A DNA stretch of 63,969 nt, the filler included, from Dimorphilus gyrociliatus (Eukaryota; Animalia; Annelida), in the NCBI GenBank assembly GCA_904063045.1. It is 4 parts of 4 records of this genome, joined end to end, with 100 filler letters (N's around TTAATTAATTAA, not from the genome) between each part and the next. Parts side by side here need not be neighbours in the genome. Positions count along the whole stretch, not along the records: positions 1 to 18,533 come from CAJFCJ010000136.1; 3 more parts are not named here. One strand, given 5' to 3'. Shown here piece by piece: positions 1 through 11,300 of this stretch. The position numbers and the translations under genes are program-made. The notes below the pieces were generated by a model. The model was not told where the DNA came from, ran no database searches, and saw nothing but the letters and a program-made list of their open reading frames with translations. Every line of letters starts with the position of its first letter. Position 1 is the stretch's first letter.

Positions 1-615
1 AAAAAAGATATTGATAGATTGAGACAGTTTAATGATGAAACTGTTCAAAGTTTTATTAGAAGAAGTAAAGAACTTGTGGAAAAATTCCTACCATTCAATA
101 ATACAGAAATGGCTTGTGTTACACAAAGGGTTAGAGAGCTTCAACTGTTAACTGTATTCAGGAATGGTCTTAAAGGAAAAATTGTTAATCATGTGGAAAA
201 AGATGGAAAAATCAGCTCAGTGGACCAGTATATTAAACTGGCAAAAAGAGCAGAGGTATTTTTCAACAATGCAAGGAAAGAAGATGAAAAGGAATTCAAA
301 CAATTTAAAAGAAGATTTGACAATAACCCAATTAATCCAAACATAAATTTTACCCAAAATAGATTTCAACCACATCAAAGAATGGGAAACACAGCAATGG
401 AAAGAGGCACATTCAACAGACTAATACATACTGAACCTGATAAACCAAATGAAAGAGAAACTTCTAAAGGAACAATGGCAATCTTTAACCTTAAAGAGGA
501 CAAAAATTGCACATTCAAGTGCACCTCTCAAGTAAAAGGCAGAGATGATTTTCAGTTTAGAATGAAGAACCACAATGGAAGAGAAGTCATTGCATTATGT
601 GATACAGGAGCCCTT
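1..615 (+). mobile_element. Gag-protease fragment of a second, diverged copy of the Ty3/Gypsy element (5' end cut by the window edge, ends just after the protease DTG motif)
   Basis: ORF 19..642 aligns to the 8256..14483 polyprotein (RQFNDETVQSF.RRSKELVEKFLPFN.TEMACVT.RVRELQLLTVFRNGLKGKIVNHVEKDGKI) and ends at VIALCDTGAL, versus VIALCDSGAL in the long ORF. Confidence 0.9.
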
Positions 616-925
616 AAATTTTGGCATCTGTATGCTTTCTGATACTCTTCTCCTCCATTCATGCTTCTTTGGTGTTCTTTGCAAAAGTGTAAGTTTTCCA
701 TTTGCTTGATGTGTTTGAAATTGTTTATCTTTTGGACTTTGGACCAAGTGTCCAGTCTTGGTAAGGGATTGAAACTAATTTTCTTCTTGTTGAGTTCAAA
801 ATCTTCTGCTTTTGCCATTCTAGCAGTTCCATTTTGGTTGTTTTCAACATTTTGAGTATGTATTTGTTGTTAATATCCCATATATCAGGTGAGATTATTT
901 CCTGACCATCCAGGTCCTAACTTCT
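616..925 (-). mobile_element. Env-region fragment of the same retroelement family, joined in inverted orientation to the gag-PR fragment
   Basis: Minus strand reads AEDFELNKKKISFNPLPRLDTW, versus SQDFELDKKPVTFNPLPNMNIW in ORF 7501..8433. DNA similarity to about 7790-8060 is visible (ttttgagtatgtatttgttgttaatatccca vs tttttagtatgtatttgttgtgaatatccca). Confidence 0.8.
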
Positions 926-1003
926 CTATTAATTCTTGGAATAAAATATCGATTATTAACAAATATAGTTTGAGTCAGCATTTCATTGTACAACATTTTA
1001 AAT

Positions 1004-1626
1004 TTATTGGTCGATCATGTATACAATATTCTTTTCTATATTTGAATAATTGTGCTCTTTCGTTTTTAGTGGTAGTTGATTAGCAGTAAAAACGTTAACT
1101 ATAGTTAAAAATGCAAACAAACAAACCAAGTAGAAACCTTCTCCTCTGTTTTCAAATTCTACACTAGGCTTAGTGAAAAAGACTGTGAGGCAAGATAATG
1201 ATAGCAGAAAATGCACAAATGTTCAGAGCACTTATGAGTCTTATAATATTCCTAGATGTCTTAGTCTGGAATAATGTTGTAATTGCAATGGCTAGCGACA
1301 TATGGACTGCAATTATAGAAGCTACAAGTAGAGTTTGGCAAGTTGTAAACCAATTATAATCTGTAAAAAAAAGTTGAAAAATAGTAAAGAGATAGATTAG
1401 AGAAAAACATCAGCTTACTCAAAAAATTATCCTGATTATTAATACTCAAATAGAGACATTTCCATTCAAATTGAAAGTAAGCACATGTTCTATAAAGTCC
1501 AATTGAAAGTTGTAGTTTTTCTGAAATTCTTAGATAAAGAATCGGTAGGAAACCAGCAATAAATCCAATAAAAAATGATAAAGATAAGAAAGTAAATAGT
1601 AATACTATTCCAGCAGTAGTTTTCAT
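1004..1626 (-). CDS. Claudin/PMP22/EMP-like four-transmembrane protein, ~187 aa, two exons (1626-1419 and 1360-1004; 58-bp intron 1418-1361), with one apparent 1-bp frameshift near 1208-1211
   Basis: TM1 AGIVLLFTFLSLSFFIGFIAGF is followed by IGLYRTC...WKC (GLW-x2-C-x-C signature). After a GTAAGC..TTACAG intron come NWFTTCQTLLVASIIAVHMSLAIAI (TM2), LISALNICAF(LLSLSCLTVFF) (TM3) and RGEGFYLVCLFAFLTIVNVF (TM4). Removing one base from the A4 run joins the two frames. Confidence 0.7.
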
Positions 1627-2086
1627 TGCACATATGATCTTGTATTAATTGTACAGTTGTGCACTGTTCGAAAGCCTACAGGAAATTGAATTGCGCGAAA
1701 GAATTAATCTATATATATGGGCAGCCTCTGTGTATAAGCATTCAATTGTGACATATTTTCTTTAGTTGTTACATTTAGGCCTATATTTTTTTATTGTTAT
1801 TAATATTCTTTTATATTTTATAAAATCAAGTTTGAATAGCGCCTTTGCCACAAGAAAATACTATTTGTCTTTTTCTGAACAATGGATAGTTTTGCTTTAT
1901 TTCTGAGTTTTATCTTTTTCAAGAATTGTTTTTCGTTTTATTCTGCAAAATTAATTTATACTACATAGAAATTCAATAAATTAGCGTAAAAGCGAGATTT
2001 TTTTTTTCTTATTTACATAACAAGTAATATTAAAATAGATAAGATTCTTATCAGATATTGAATCAGGAAATGAAACAGTTATTCTT

Positions 2087-3935
2087 ATAATACACAACAA
2101 AGTTAGCAGCCCAGTGGGATCAACAGAAAACTGCCCCAAGAAGGATATTTGAGGGCAGTATTAACCCTTATTCTTGGGAATGAAGCATAAACTATTGACA
2201 AATCGTAAATGTCAGTCATAATAATCCTATTTTCGTTTTCTCCAAACCACATAAACTCAAATCTGAATTTTTAAAAAGTAAAGTAAAATAATACACAACA
2301 AAGTTAGCAGCCCAGTGGGATCAATAGAAAACGGCCTCAGAAGGATATTTGAAGGCAGTATTAACCCTTATTCTTGGGAATGAAGCATAAACTATTGACA
2401 AATCGTAAATGTCAGTCATAATAATCCTATTTTCGTTTTCTCCAAACCACATAAACTCAAATCTGAATTTTTAAAAAGTAAAGTAAAAATAATACACAAC
2501 AAAGTTAGCAGCCCAGTGGGATCAATAGAAAACGGCCCCAAGAAGGATATTTGAAGGCAGTATTAACCCTTATTCTTGGGAATGAAGCATAAACTATTGA
2601 CAAATCGTAAATGTCAGTCATAATAATCCTATTTTCGTTTTCTCCAAACCACATAAACTCAAATCTGAATTTTTAAAAAGTAAAGTAAAAATAATACACA
2701 ACAAAGTTAGCAGCCCAGTGGGATCAATAGAAAACGGCCCCAAGAAGGATATTTGAAGGCAGTATTAACCCTTATTCTTGGGAATGAAGCATAAACTATT
2801 GACAAATCGTAAATGTCAGTCATAATAATCCTATTTTCGTTTTCTCCAAACCACATAAACTCAAATCTGAATTTTTAAAAAGTAAAGTAAAAATAATACA
2901 CAACAAAGTTAGCAGCCCAGTGGGATCAATAGAAAACGGCCCAAGAAGGATATTTGAAGGCAGTATTAACCCTTATTCTTGGGAATGAAGCATAAACTAT
3001 TGACAAATCGTAAATGTCAGTCATAATAATCCTATTTTCGTTTTCTCCAAACCACATAAACTCAAATCTGAATTTTTAAAAAGTAAAGTAAAAATAATAC
3101 ACAACAAAGTTAGCAGCCCAGTGGGATCAACAGAAAACGGCCCCAAGAAGGATATTTGAAGGCAGTATTAACCCTTATTCTTGGGAATGAAGCATAAACT
3201 ATTGACAAATCGTAAATGTCAGTCATAATAATCCTATTTTCGTTTTCTCCAAACCACATAAACTCAAATCTGAATTTTTAAAAAGTAAAGTAAAAATAAT
3301 ACACAACAAAGTTAGCAGCCCAGTGGGATCAACAGAAAACGGCCCCAAGAAGGATATTTGAAGGCAGTATTAACCCTTATTCTTGGGAATGAAGCATAAA
3401 CTATTGACAAATCGTAAATGTCAGTCATAATAATCCTATTTTCGTTTTCTCCAAACCACATAAACTCAAATCTGAATTTTTAAAAAGTAAAGTAAAAATA
3501 ATACACAACAAAGTTAGCAGCCCAGTGGGATCAACAGAAAACGGCCCCAAGAAGGATATTTGAAGGCAGTATTAACCCTTATTCTTGGGAATGAAGCATA
3601 AACTATTGACAAATCGTAAATGTCAGTCATAATAATCCTATTTTCGTTTTCTCCAAACCACATAAACTCAAATCTGAATTTTTAAAAAGTAAAGTAAAAA
3701 TAATACACAACAAAGTTAGCAGCCCAGTGGGATCAACAGAAAACGGCCCCAAGAAGGATATTTGAAGGCAGTATTAACCCTTATTCTTGGGAATGAAGCA
3801 TAAACTATTGACAAATCGTAAATGTCAGTCATAATAATCCTATTTTCGTTTTCTCCAAACCACATAAACTCAAATCTGAATTTTTAAAAAGTAAAGTAAA
3901 AATAATACACAACAAAGTTAGCAGCTCAGTGGGAT
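2087..3935. repeat. Tandem array of ~202-bp units, 9 full copies plus ~30 bp, near-identical
   Basis: The unit start tacacaacaaagttagcagc recurs at 2091, 2292, 2493, 2695, 2897, 3098, 3300, 3502, 3704 and 3906 (period 201-202), with only a few SNPs or 1-bp indels between units. Confidence 0.97.
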
Positions 3936-3971
3936 TCTGTGTCAGAAGGTCCTTTCCCAGTTGACTTTCAC

Positions 3972-4085
3972 TGATAAAAAAGATAAAGATAAGAAAGTGA
4001 AAAGTAATACCATTTTAGCAATGGTTATCATTGCATATATGATCTTGTATTAATTGTACACTCGTGTATTGTTCAAAAGTCTATC
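3972..4085 (-). pseudogene. Diverged 5' fragment (upstream region plus TM1) of a paralogue of the claudin-like gene
   Basis: 3977-4085 resembles 1570-1680 (gataaagataagaaagt...atatgatcttgtattaattgtaca). It reads MITIAKMVLLFTFLSLSF versus MKTTAGIVLLFTFLSLSF, then diverges and stops just before the array. Confidence 0.65.
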
Positions 4086-4815
4086 AGAAACTGAATAGTA
4101 TAAGAGAGCTTCGAAGAAATGGTTTCCCTGTCTAAATTTAGCATTCAAATTCATATATTTTGGATTAGCAGAGTGACGATAAAAGGAATTGCTTGACACA
4201 AGGTGCTAATATTTGCTTCTTAACTATGCCGTAGCCTCCGAAGTAAAATATTTGACATTACAAAAAAAAAATCTCTCGTACAGAGAGAATGCATAAATAT
4301 ATGAATGCCGATTGTCCTCCTACAATTTCTAGCTCAACGCCCACCTATATATCATTGAGAACATTGAAATGGATTATTTTGGTCTCTTCCTGCTTGTGGC
4401 GGGTAGAAAGATTTACGCTCCATTGGCTGTGTGCCTCCAAAGTAATATTGTGAGTCTGAAGGTCACAGAGGGCATGAACACCAACTCCACTAAAATGACT
4501 CTAGAAAGGGAGGCAGCAAGAGAAATGATTCATCCATGGATCATTTATATCAGTCAACCTTTTTAGACATAACTATGATAGAATTTCAAAAGCCTTACCT
4601 AACCATACCAAAATAACTCTAACAATGGTTGTTTTTAGGCCTATGAGAAATTATTGCTCTCAGAATTGACAAAAAAAAATTCTTTTTTTTCCTTCCCTGA
4701 CTGACTTTAAAGAAAAAGAGGTGTGTTTTTTTATCAATAAAAAATATTTTCTACAGAAACTACTTGGCCTATTTTTAAATATCAGAGCAAATATCATAAT
4801 CCTTCTTGGTTACAT

Positions 4816-6205
4816 GTTTGACAATACAACAATGATTCCTTGCCATGATTTTTGCATTCATTTTTCTTTTTTATTTTAATTGAATGTCCAAGTCGATTTT
4901 TTGGCACTGAATGTATTTGGCCATCTCGTAGCTGGATTGTTTCTCTGCATGGAAAACCAGCAAATAAGGAGAAAGTAACTGTTGGAATGATGGGCAACAG
5001 TTTGAAGATTCTGACACTCCATCTGAAGTTTTTGATACTCCATCTGAAGTTTCAGATATTGTGGACTCAAACATGGAAGTTACTGACCCAGATACTGACT
5101 ATGGTACAAGCTCATCTGAAGATGAAATTAGTAATTCAACTGAGTCTGATAATGATTCAATACAGTCTTCCATATATTCCAGATTTGTAGTTATTTTGTC
5201 TTGCCTAGGTTGCCAATAAGCTTTACCAATTTGTAATATTGTTGTGAATTCTTCAATAACTGTTGTTCTTGGCCATTTGAAATATGTTCCTTTGTTTTCA
5301 TCAAACACCAGAAGTTTTCCTTTCTGAAAAAGTTTTTGTCCATTTAGAGTTTTCTTAGAATTAAGCATTTTTCTACATTACTTTTCAGTCAAAGTAAGTG
5401 TTTGTTTTTCAATTCTGTGCTTCTTAGCTCCAAAGAAATAATATGTATAAAAATTGATTCTTCTTTTCACCATGCACTTACCTTGACTGAAAAGCAATGT
5501 AGAAAAATGCTTAATTCTAATTATCAATTATGCTTCAATTCTAAGTTTAGATTATATTGACTATTCAACAGTATTGTATACACAATACTGTTCTTTTTAA
5601 CATGCATTAATCAGATATACTTCCTCTGCATATGCTGATGCTAAATTTACTAACTCAATCAATTCAATATCATTATTAAGGTAGAATATAAAAACGGTCA
5701 AATATACAATCTACATGTTTTCTTTCATTGTTCGACTTGTCCTACTAAAATTGTTACATCTTATGCAACTCTCCAACCTGAGAAATTCAACTATTATTTA
5801 GAAGAGGAAAACAATAAAAACATGACCATATTTAGAACTTTTCTTTGTCTTCAATGTTACTTTTGTTTTTGTGAACATTGAAATTTGTGAACTATCAACC
5901 TTTAAAAGAGTATATAAACCCTACGAAATTAACAGTTGATAGTTCAGTTTTCTAACTGTCAGCTAGTTGTTTAAACTAGCTTGTTTAGAACTAGAAGCTC
6001 ATTTTACTCAATACATATTCTTTGGACGAAATACTGGTGTTTTGTTAATCAATTTCTACCGAAATTGCCTTTGTTAGACTATTTGTGGACGAACTTTAAA
6101 GGTTCTATTTGTTTGAGTACTTTGGCAAGTTGGTAAATGATTGGAAAGGACGATTACAGTTGTGACGAACCAGAAATTCCTACAATTACAATACAACAAA
6201 GTACA
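4816..6205 (+). repeat. Left arm of a 1.39-kb inverted duplication (copy of 14415-15806), including the first 23 codons of gag
   Basis: Reverse complement of 14415-15806 throughout the stretches compared; about 99% identical, with one substitution (4928) and two 1-bp indels seen. Ends at ...CAACAAAGTACA (gag MIGKDDYSCDEPEIPTITIQQST). Confidence 0.95.
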
Positions 6206-7208
6206 GTAGTTGATGGCCAATTTGGCAGCAATGAATTAATTTCTGCTAGTCAATGAAACACTGATAGAGAAATATTGCAATCAAAAAACAAAAAAGAAGA
6301 CTGAAATAGAAATTAAGCTTGTTATGCCTAGGGTTATTCTACAATAGATAAGTAGTATTGAACCAATATGGTTCATATCAATGCACTGATAAAGACAAGC
6401 ATTATTGTCCTAGATTTGTTTAGTGCAATGCATACCTTAATCCTAACCCCAAACTAAATAAGGATGAGAATAAAATTTTTGCAATTGTAAAAAATATTTT
6501 TCAACCCTAGAAATGACCAAAAATTTACCCTAAACTTTAGTTTAGTTTTCTCTCATCCCCAAAATTTTTAACTCTAACAACTAGAGTTTTGTTTGGATAC
6601 ACCTGGCTGTTCTAACTGGGCCACACTTTAACCTTTGTATTTCTTCATCTCAATTTCATTTAGTTTTAACAAACAGGCTCAACCCTAACTTCACATTCAA
6701 TTTTTGCTAATTAAATCCTTTGTCTGTTTCCCTTGCGCAGCTATTGGTGAAATAGAAAGGGAAAGTAGAACTTGGCAGTAAAAAATCCAACTTGTGTTAT
6801 TAATAATGTTTACAGTTGTTAAGAAGGTTTTAAAAATAGGTGAGACCAAGTTGTAGCATGTCCTGGTCTGCATATTTACATTTAGGTTTAATTTACAATA
6901 TTGTGTGAAAAAGAAAATTATTAAACATACTGTAATCCCTCAAAACAGAAATAGAATACTTGGTTAAAGTTACAGTTACACCTAAAAGTTATTTTTTTGT
7001 CTCTCTCCCTACAAGACACTGTTCATCAGTATTTAAATTGGAAATATGGGAATTTGTTTCTCAAAACAAAATGTTATCATTCCTGCAATATATAATCCAG
7101 GTTATATTTAAATTTTTAAATTCAAATTAACTTTAATCTTGTTATTTAAAAAAAAAAGATATTGAAAAACAACTCGCTGATGTTCATAATGCTCTTAAAG
7201 GAGAGTTT

Positions 7209-7571
7209 ATGAGTATGGGTTTTCCAACTAATGTTACTCTATGTATAGCAAATACCGAATGGTATGAATTGGTTAAATACAGACAAATTGCAATACCTCC
7301 TCACATTATTTTTCCTAATCCAATTTCCAAAGAATGGACAGAAGAAAATAATGATTTTCGCCATGTTGATAAATTTGTCATGAAAAAAATGAACAAATCA
7401 TTTTTAAACAAAACACCACAACAAGTTGCAATTTTTTTAATTAAGGATTTCAATGATGAAATGTTAAGAGCTCCAGCTTTATTCCATTGGTTAGCTTCAA
7501 TCAATCTAGATAAAATAAATTATGATAAGTTGTTAGATCTCCTAACCATGTACTATGGGTTCCATGTTTAG
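7209..7571 (+). CDS. Hypothetical 120-aa ORF, antisense to and overlapping the end of the env continuation
   Basis: Open frame with protein-like composition (WYELVKYRQIAIPPHIIFPNP...WLASINLDKINYDKLLDLL). The frame stays open ~20 codons upstream of the ATG. No recognised motif. Confidence 0.35.
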   Translation: MSMGFPTNVTLCIANTEWYELVKYRQIAIPPHIIFPNPISKEWTEENNDFRHVDKFVMKKMNKSFLNKTPQQVAIFLIKDFNDEMLRAPALFHWLASINLDKINYDKLLDLLTMYYGFHV

Positions 7572-8322
7572 ATCCAAGTATTGTTGGTAGTTGAGGTGAT
7601 AGTGGTGTAAGTAGGGCTATCATCTTGTTTCTCATGATAAATTCTTTGCATAAAAGTTGTGAAACTTGTTTAAAAACTGTTTGTAAATTTTGAAAATTTT
7701 TGTCAATATTGTTTAGTAGTGCAGCTGTTCTTATAGCATCTTTTATATTTATTTGGTGTGATTCTGGAATCTCTATGTTTTCTAATTGTTTCCTCTTCCA
7801 TTTGTGATTTATTGGTTTTCTTTGTAAAAGTGTATATTTGCCATTTTCTGTATGAATTTGAAATTGTGTATCTTTTGGGCTTTGATACCAAATGTTCATG
7901 TTTGGGAGTGGGTTGAAAGTAACTGGTTTTTTGTCCAATTCAAAATCTTGTGATCTTACTAGTCTGGCAGGTTTTAGCTTTGTTGTTTTCAGCATTTTTA
8001 GTATGTATTTGTTGTGAATATCCCAGATGTCTGGAGAAATAATTTCTTTGACAAACCAAGTCCTCACTAATGGTGTTGCATGATTTTTTATCAGCATATG
8101 GTAGGTTTTGTCACCATCTCTATACCAATCATTATATGTTAAAATATCTTGTATTTCTGTGACATTGGCCTTTCTTAGTGATGATTTCTTTCCAATATAT
8201 TTCTGCAATCTATTAACTTCTTTATTTGAAATGATCTTGTATTTTGTATCCTCTATTATTTTATTGTCAGCATAATTAGAATTTGTAAGATCAGTTCTAA
8301 GCAAGTCATATTCTTTCTGGGG
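7501..8322 (-). CDS. C-terminal continuation of the retroelement env-like glycoprotein (frameshifted; ORF 7501..8433)
   Basis: One extra C in the C4 run (+ strand GGGG 8319-8322) would join ...PEYWYP to QKEYDLLRTD.... The frame then runs ~270 codons to LLCKEFIMRNKMIALLTPLSPQLPTILG...WLGD. A homologous fragment lies at 616-925. Confidence 0.65.
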   Translation of the reverse strand, partial: PQKEYDLLRTDLTNSNYADNKIIEDTKYKIISNKEVNRLQKYIGKKSSLRKANVTEIQDILTYNDWYRDGDKTYHMLIKNHATPLVRTWFVKEIISPDIWDIHNKYILKMLKTTKLKPARLVRSQDFELDKKPVTFNPLPNMNIWYQSPKDTQFQIHTENGKYTLLQRKPINHKWKRKQLENIEIPESHQINIKDAIRTAALLNNIDKNFQNLQTVFKQVSQLLCKEFIMRNKMIALLTPLSPQLPTILGSKHGTHSTWLGDLTTYHNLFYLD

Positions 8323-11300
8323 TACCAATACTCTGGTACAGGACCACCATATCCTTTGATATATCTGTCTTGGTAAGGTAAATCCATTATTGCATAGTTG
8401 GGGCAGGAAAAATATCCTCCAAGTTTTACACATTCCACATTATGGGAAACTATTTTCCATGGTGAAACATGGCCTAGAAGACTTTGACCTTTTTCTGGAT
8501 TAAATATAATGATTGAATCCAAAGTTCTACAAAATTTTTGTTTAATAGAACAGTCTTCTAAATATTCCAAATTTGTGGTTATTTTATCTTGACTTGGATT
8601 CCAATAAGCCTTGCCAATTTGAAGGATTGTTGTAAATTCTTCCACCACTGTGGTTCTTGGCCATTTGTAATTTGGTCCTTTGTTTTCATTATACATAAGA
8701 AGTTTGCCTTTTTCAATTAGGTTTTGTCCATTTAAGGTTTTGTGTGTGTATAGCATTGTTCTGCATTGTTTTTCACTTAAGGCAAGTGTTTGTTTTTCAA
8801 TTCTGTGTTTCTTTGCTCCAAAAAAGTAATGAGTGTAGAAATTGATTCTTCTTTTCACTAAACACTTGACAGCTTGAATTGCCAAATTGTCAGCTTTAAT
8901 TTCATAGATGTTAGCTACAATTTTGATCATTTGTTTAGTTTCAAAGGTACATACTGGTTCATCTGCTAAATCAAATGATTGGTGTACTTGTTGTCCTTGA
9001 CAAAACTGTACTGATGGTAGCATTCTTACAGTTATGTTTGCTTTTGTTATGGATACATTTGCTTGGACCAAGTTTAAACAGCATATTGCTAACAGTGTAT
9101 AAATTATTGATCCTCTGATAGGAAGCATTCCACCATTTGTTTGGTGTTTCCTTACTGTCACTGTGTTAACTGTTATAGGTTGTTTGTTAGCTAGTCTTAG
9201 TCTACTAGCATGATAGAATTTTCTTTTATCTGCCAATATTTGTAATTCATACAAACATTTTGTAGTATCTGTAGCAGTTACAAGATATGGTCCACTCCAT
9301 TTGCTTGTATTTATTCTGTTCATTCCTTGACCAATGTTTTCATTTCTTATGTGTACCCAATCACCAATTTTGTAAGTTGGAGGTTTTCTTGTAATAGCTT
9401 TATTAACTCTATCTCTATATTCCTTCTTTTTTAGAACAGATTTGCAAAGTGCTGTTGCTCTAATTTCTTCAAGTTCATGTTTTCTATCAAATAAGAATTT
9501 TGTTGTTGGTTCTAATCTTGGAACTTCCATTAATAGGTCTAAAACATTTCTATTCTTCAATCCAAATAATATTTCATGTGGGGTTTTGCCAGTGCTTCCA
9601 ACTGGAATTTGATTTAAACATGTCTGAATTAATGGTAACTGTCTTGTCCAATCTGTTAATTGTTCCATAACTACATGTTTATGTAGTGCTCTACGAATTT
9701 CCAAATTCTTTCTTTCTACCATTCCATTACTTTGGCTATGGAATGCTGCTGTTTTAATTTTTCGTATTCCCATTGATGTCACCATTTCTGTAAAGATTTC
9801 CCCAAGAAAATTCCTTCCTTGATCTGTGAGAATTTCTTCTGGGATACCAAATATTGGGAAATAGTTGAAAAACAAATGTTTAGAAATTTCCTCAGCTGTT
9901 TGAGTTTTTAGAGGGAATATGTTGGTAAATCTGGACATGTGGTCTATAATGACAAGTATATACTTGTAAGAATCATGTCCAGTCAGAGGTCCCATTATGT
10001 CCATAGCTATTCTTTGCATTGGTAAAGTTGGGTGAGGTGTTTCAACCAACAGATGTTTGTTGCCTGGTGCTCTTAATTGCTCACAAAATTCACAACTCTT
10101 TATGTGATCTTTAATTGTTTTCTTTAGCTTTGGGTGCCAGAAAGCTTGCTCCAAAGTGTGAATTGTTATGTCTACACCATAGTGCTCAAATAGTTGATGT
10201 TGATGAATTTGTCCAAGTAAGTTGGTTAGAGTTGATAGTGGAATTACAAGTAGTGGTTGACAGCCATTTAGATACCATACAAGGTCTTCTTTTACAAACA
10301 TAGATTCAATAAAGTTTCCATATTCATTCAAAGACCCATTATCAATGTTTTCTCCTTCCAATTTGTCTACAACTTTCATTAGTGGAGTATCTAATACTTG
10401 TTCTCTATAGAAGTTTATTTCAACTGGTGTGATTTTTAGTTTCATAATCTGGGCTTGGATTTCAGTTATGTCTTCATCATAATCATTGTCTAGATTGTCA
10501 TCTAAACAATCATCTAATTCTTCTAAGTCCTCTGTATCAATATAAAAGCATTTAAGCATATCCTTTCTTTCTGCTAATTGGGGAACTGTATTGCCATTTT
10601 GTTTTTCTTCATTTAATCTTTCCTTAAGTAAATTACGAAAATCAATTACTTCATCAGTTTCACCAATTCTTGATATCCAGTCTGCTCTATTAGTTCTTCC
10701 TGGTATGTATATTATTTCAAAATCCATATCCATAAGTGCCATCACCCATTTAACAGTACTTGTATTCAGTTTGTTTTGTACAAATGTTTGTACCAAATTT
10801 TGGTGATCAGTGTAGAGAAAAAATTTCTTATACTGTAGATAATGGGAGAATTTTTGTACTGCCCAATATACTGCAAAAGCCTCTTTTTGATAAGCTGCAT
10901 ATCTTAGTTGTGTATTGATTAGGAGCTTGGAAGCAAAAGAAATTGGTTTTCTTATTTTCTTTCCATCTTCTTCCCATTCTTGTTCTAGAACTGCACCAAC
11001 TGCATAATTAGAAGCATCTGTTGTTAAATAGAATGATTTAGTAAAGTCTGGCAGTTGAAGGATTGGGGGCTCTGTCATTGCATTCCTTAGTGTTTCATAA
11101 GCTTCCTCTGCTTTTTTTGTCCATTTCAGTTTTTCTGTCTTTTGGTGTACTTTTAATAATTCTCTCAAAGGTTTTGTGATTTTTGCAAAATCTTTAACAA
11201 ATCTTCTATAATAACCACAAAATGCCACAAAACTCAACAGAGTATTTGCAAACATAGGTAATTTGGCATCTTTTATTTTTTGAATCTTTTCAGGATCAGT

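Noticed and set aside
2087-3935. CRISPR array
   Set aside because: Whole units repeat with no unique spacers, no cas genes are present, and the context is eukaryotic.
6035-6060. TGGTGTTTTG as a primer-binding site and the upstream sequence as an LTR end
   Set aside because: Not preceded by a CA terminus, no tRNA match I can recognise, and no second LTR copy.
6440-6690. Scattered CCCTAA/AACCCT motifs as telomeric repeats
   Set aside because: Few, degenerate and non-tandem; such motifs are common in invertebrate transposon ends.
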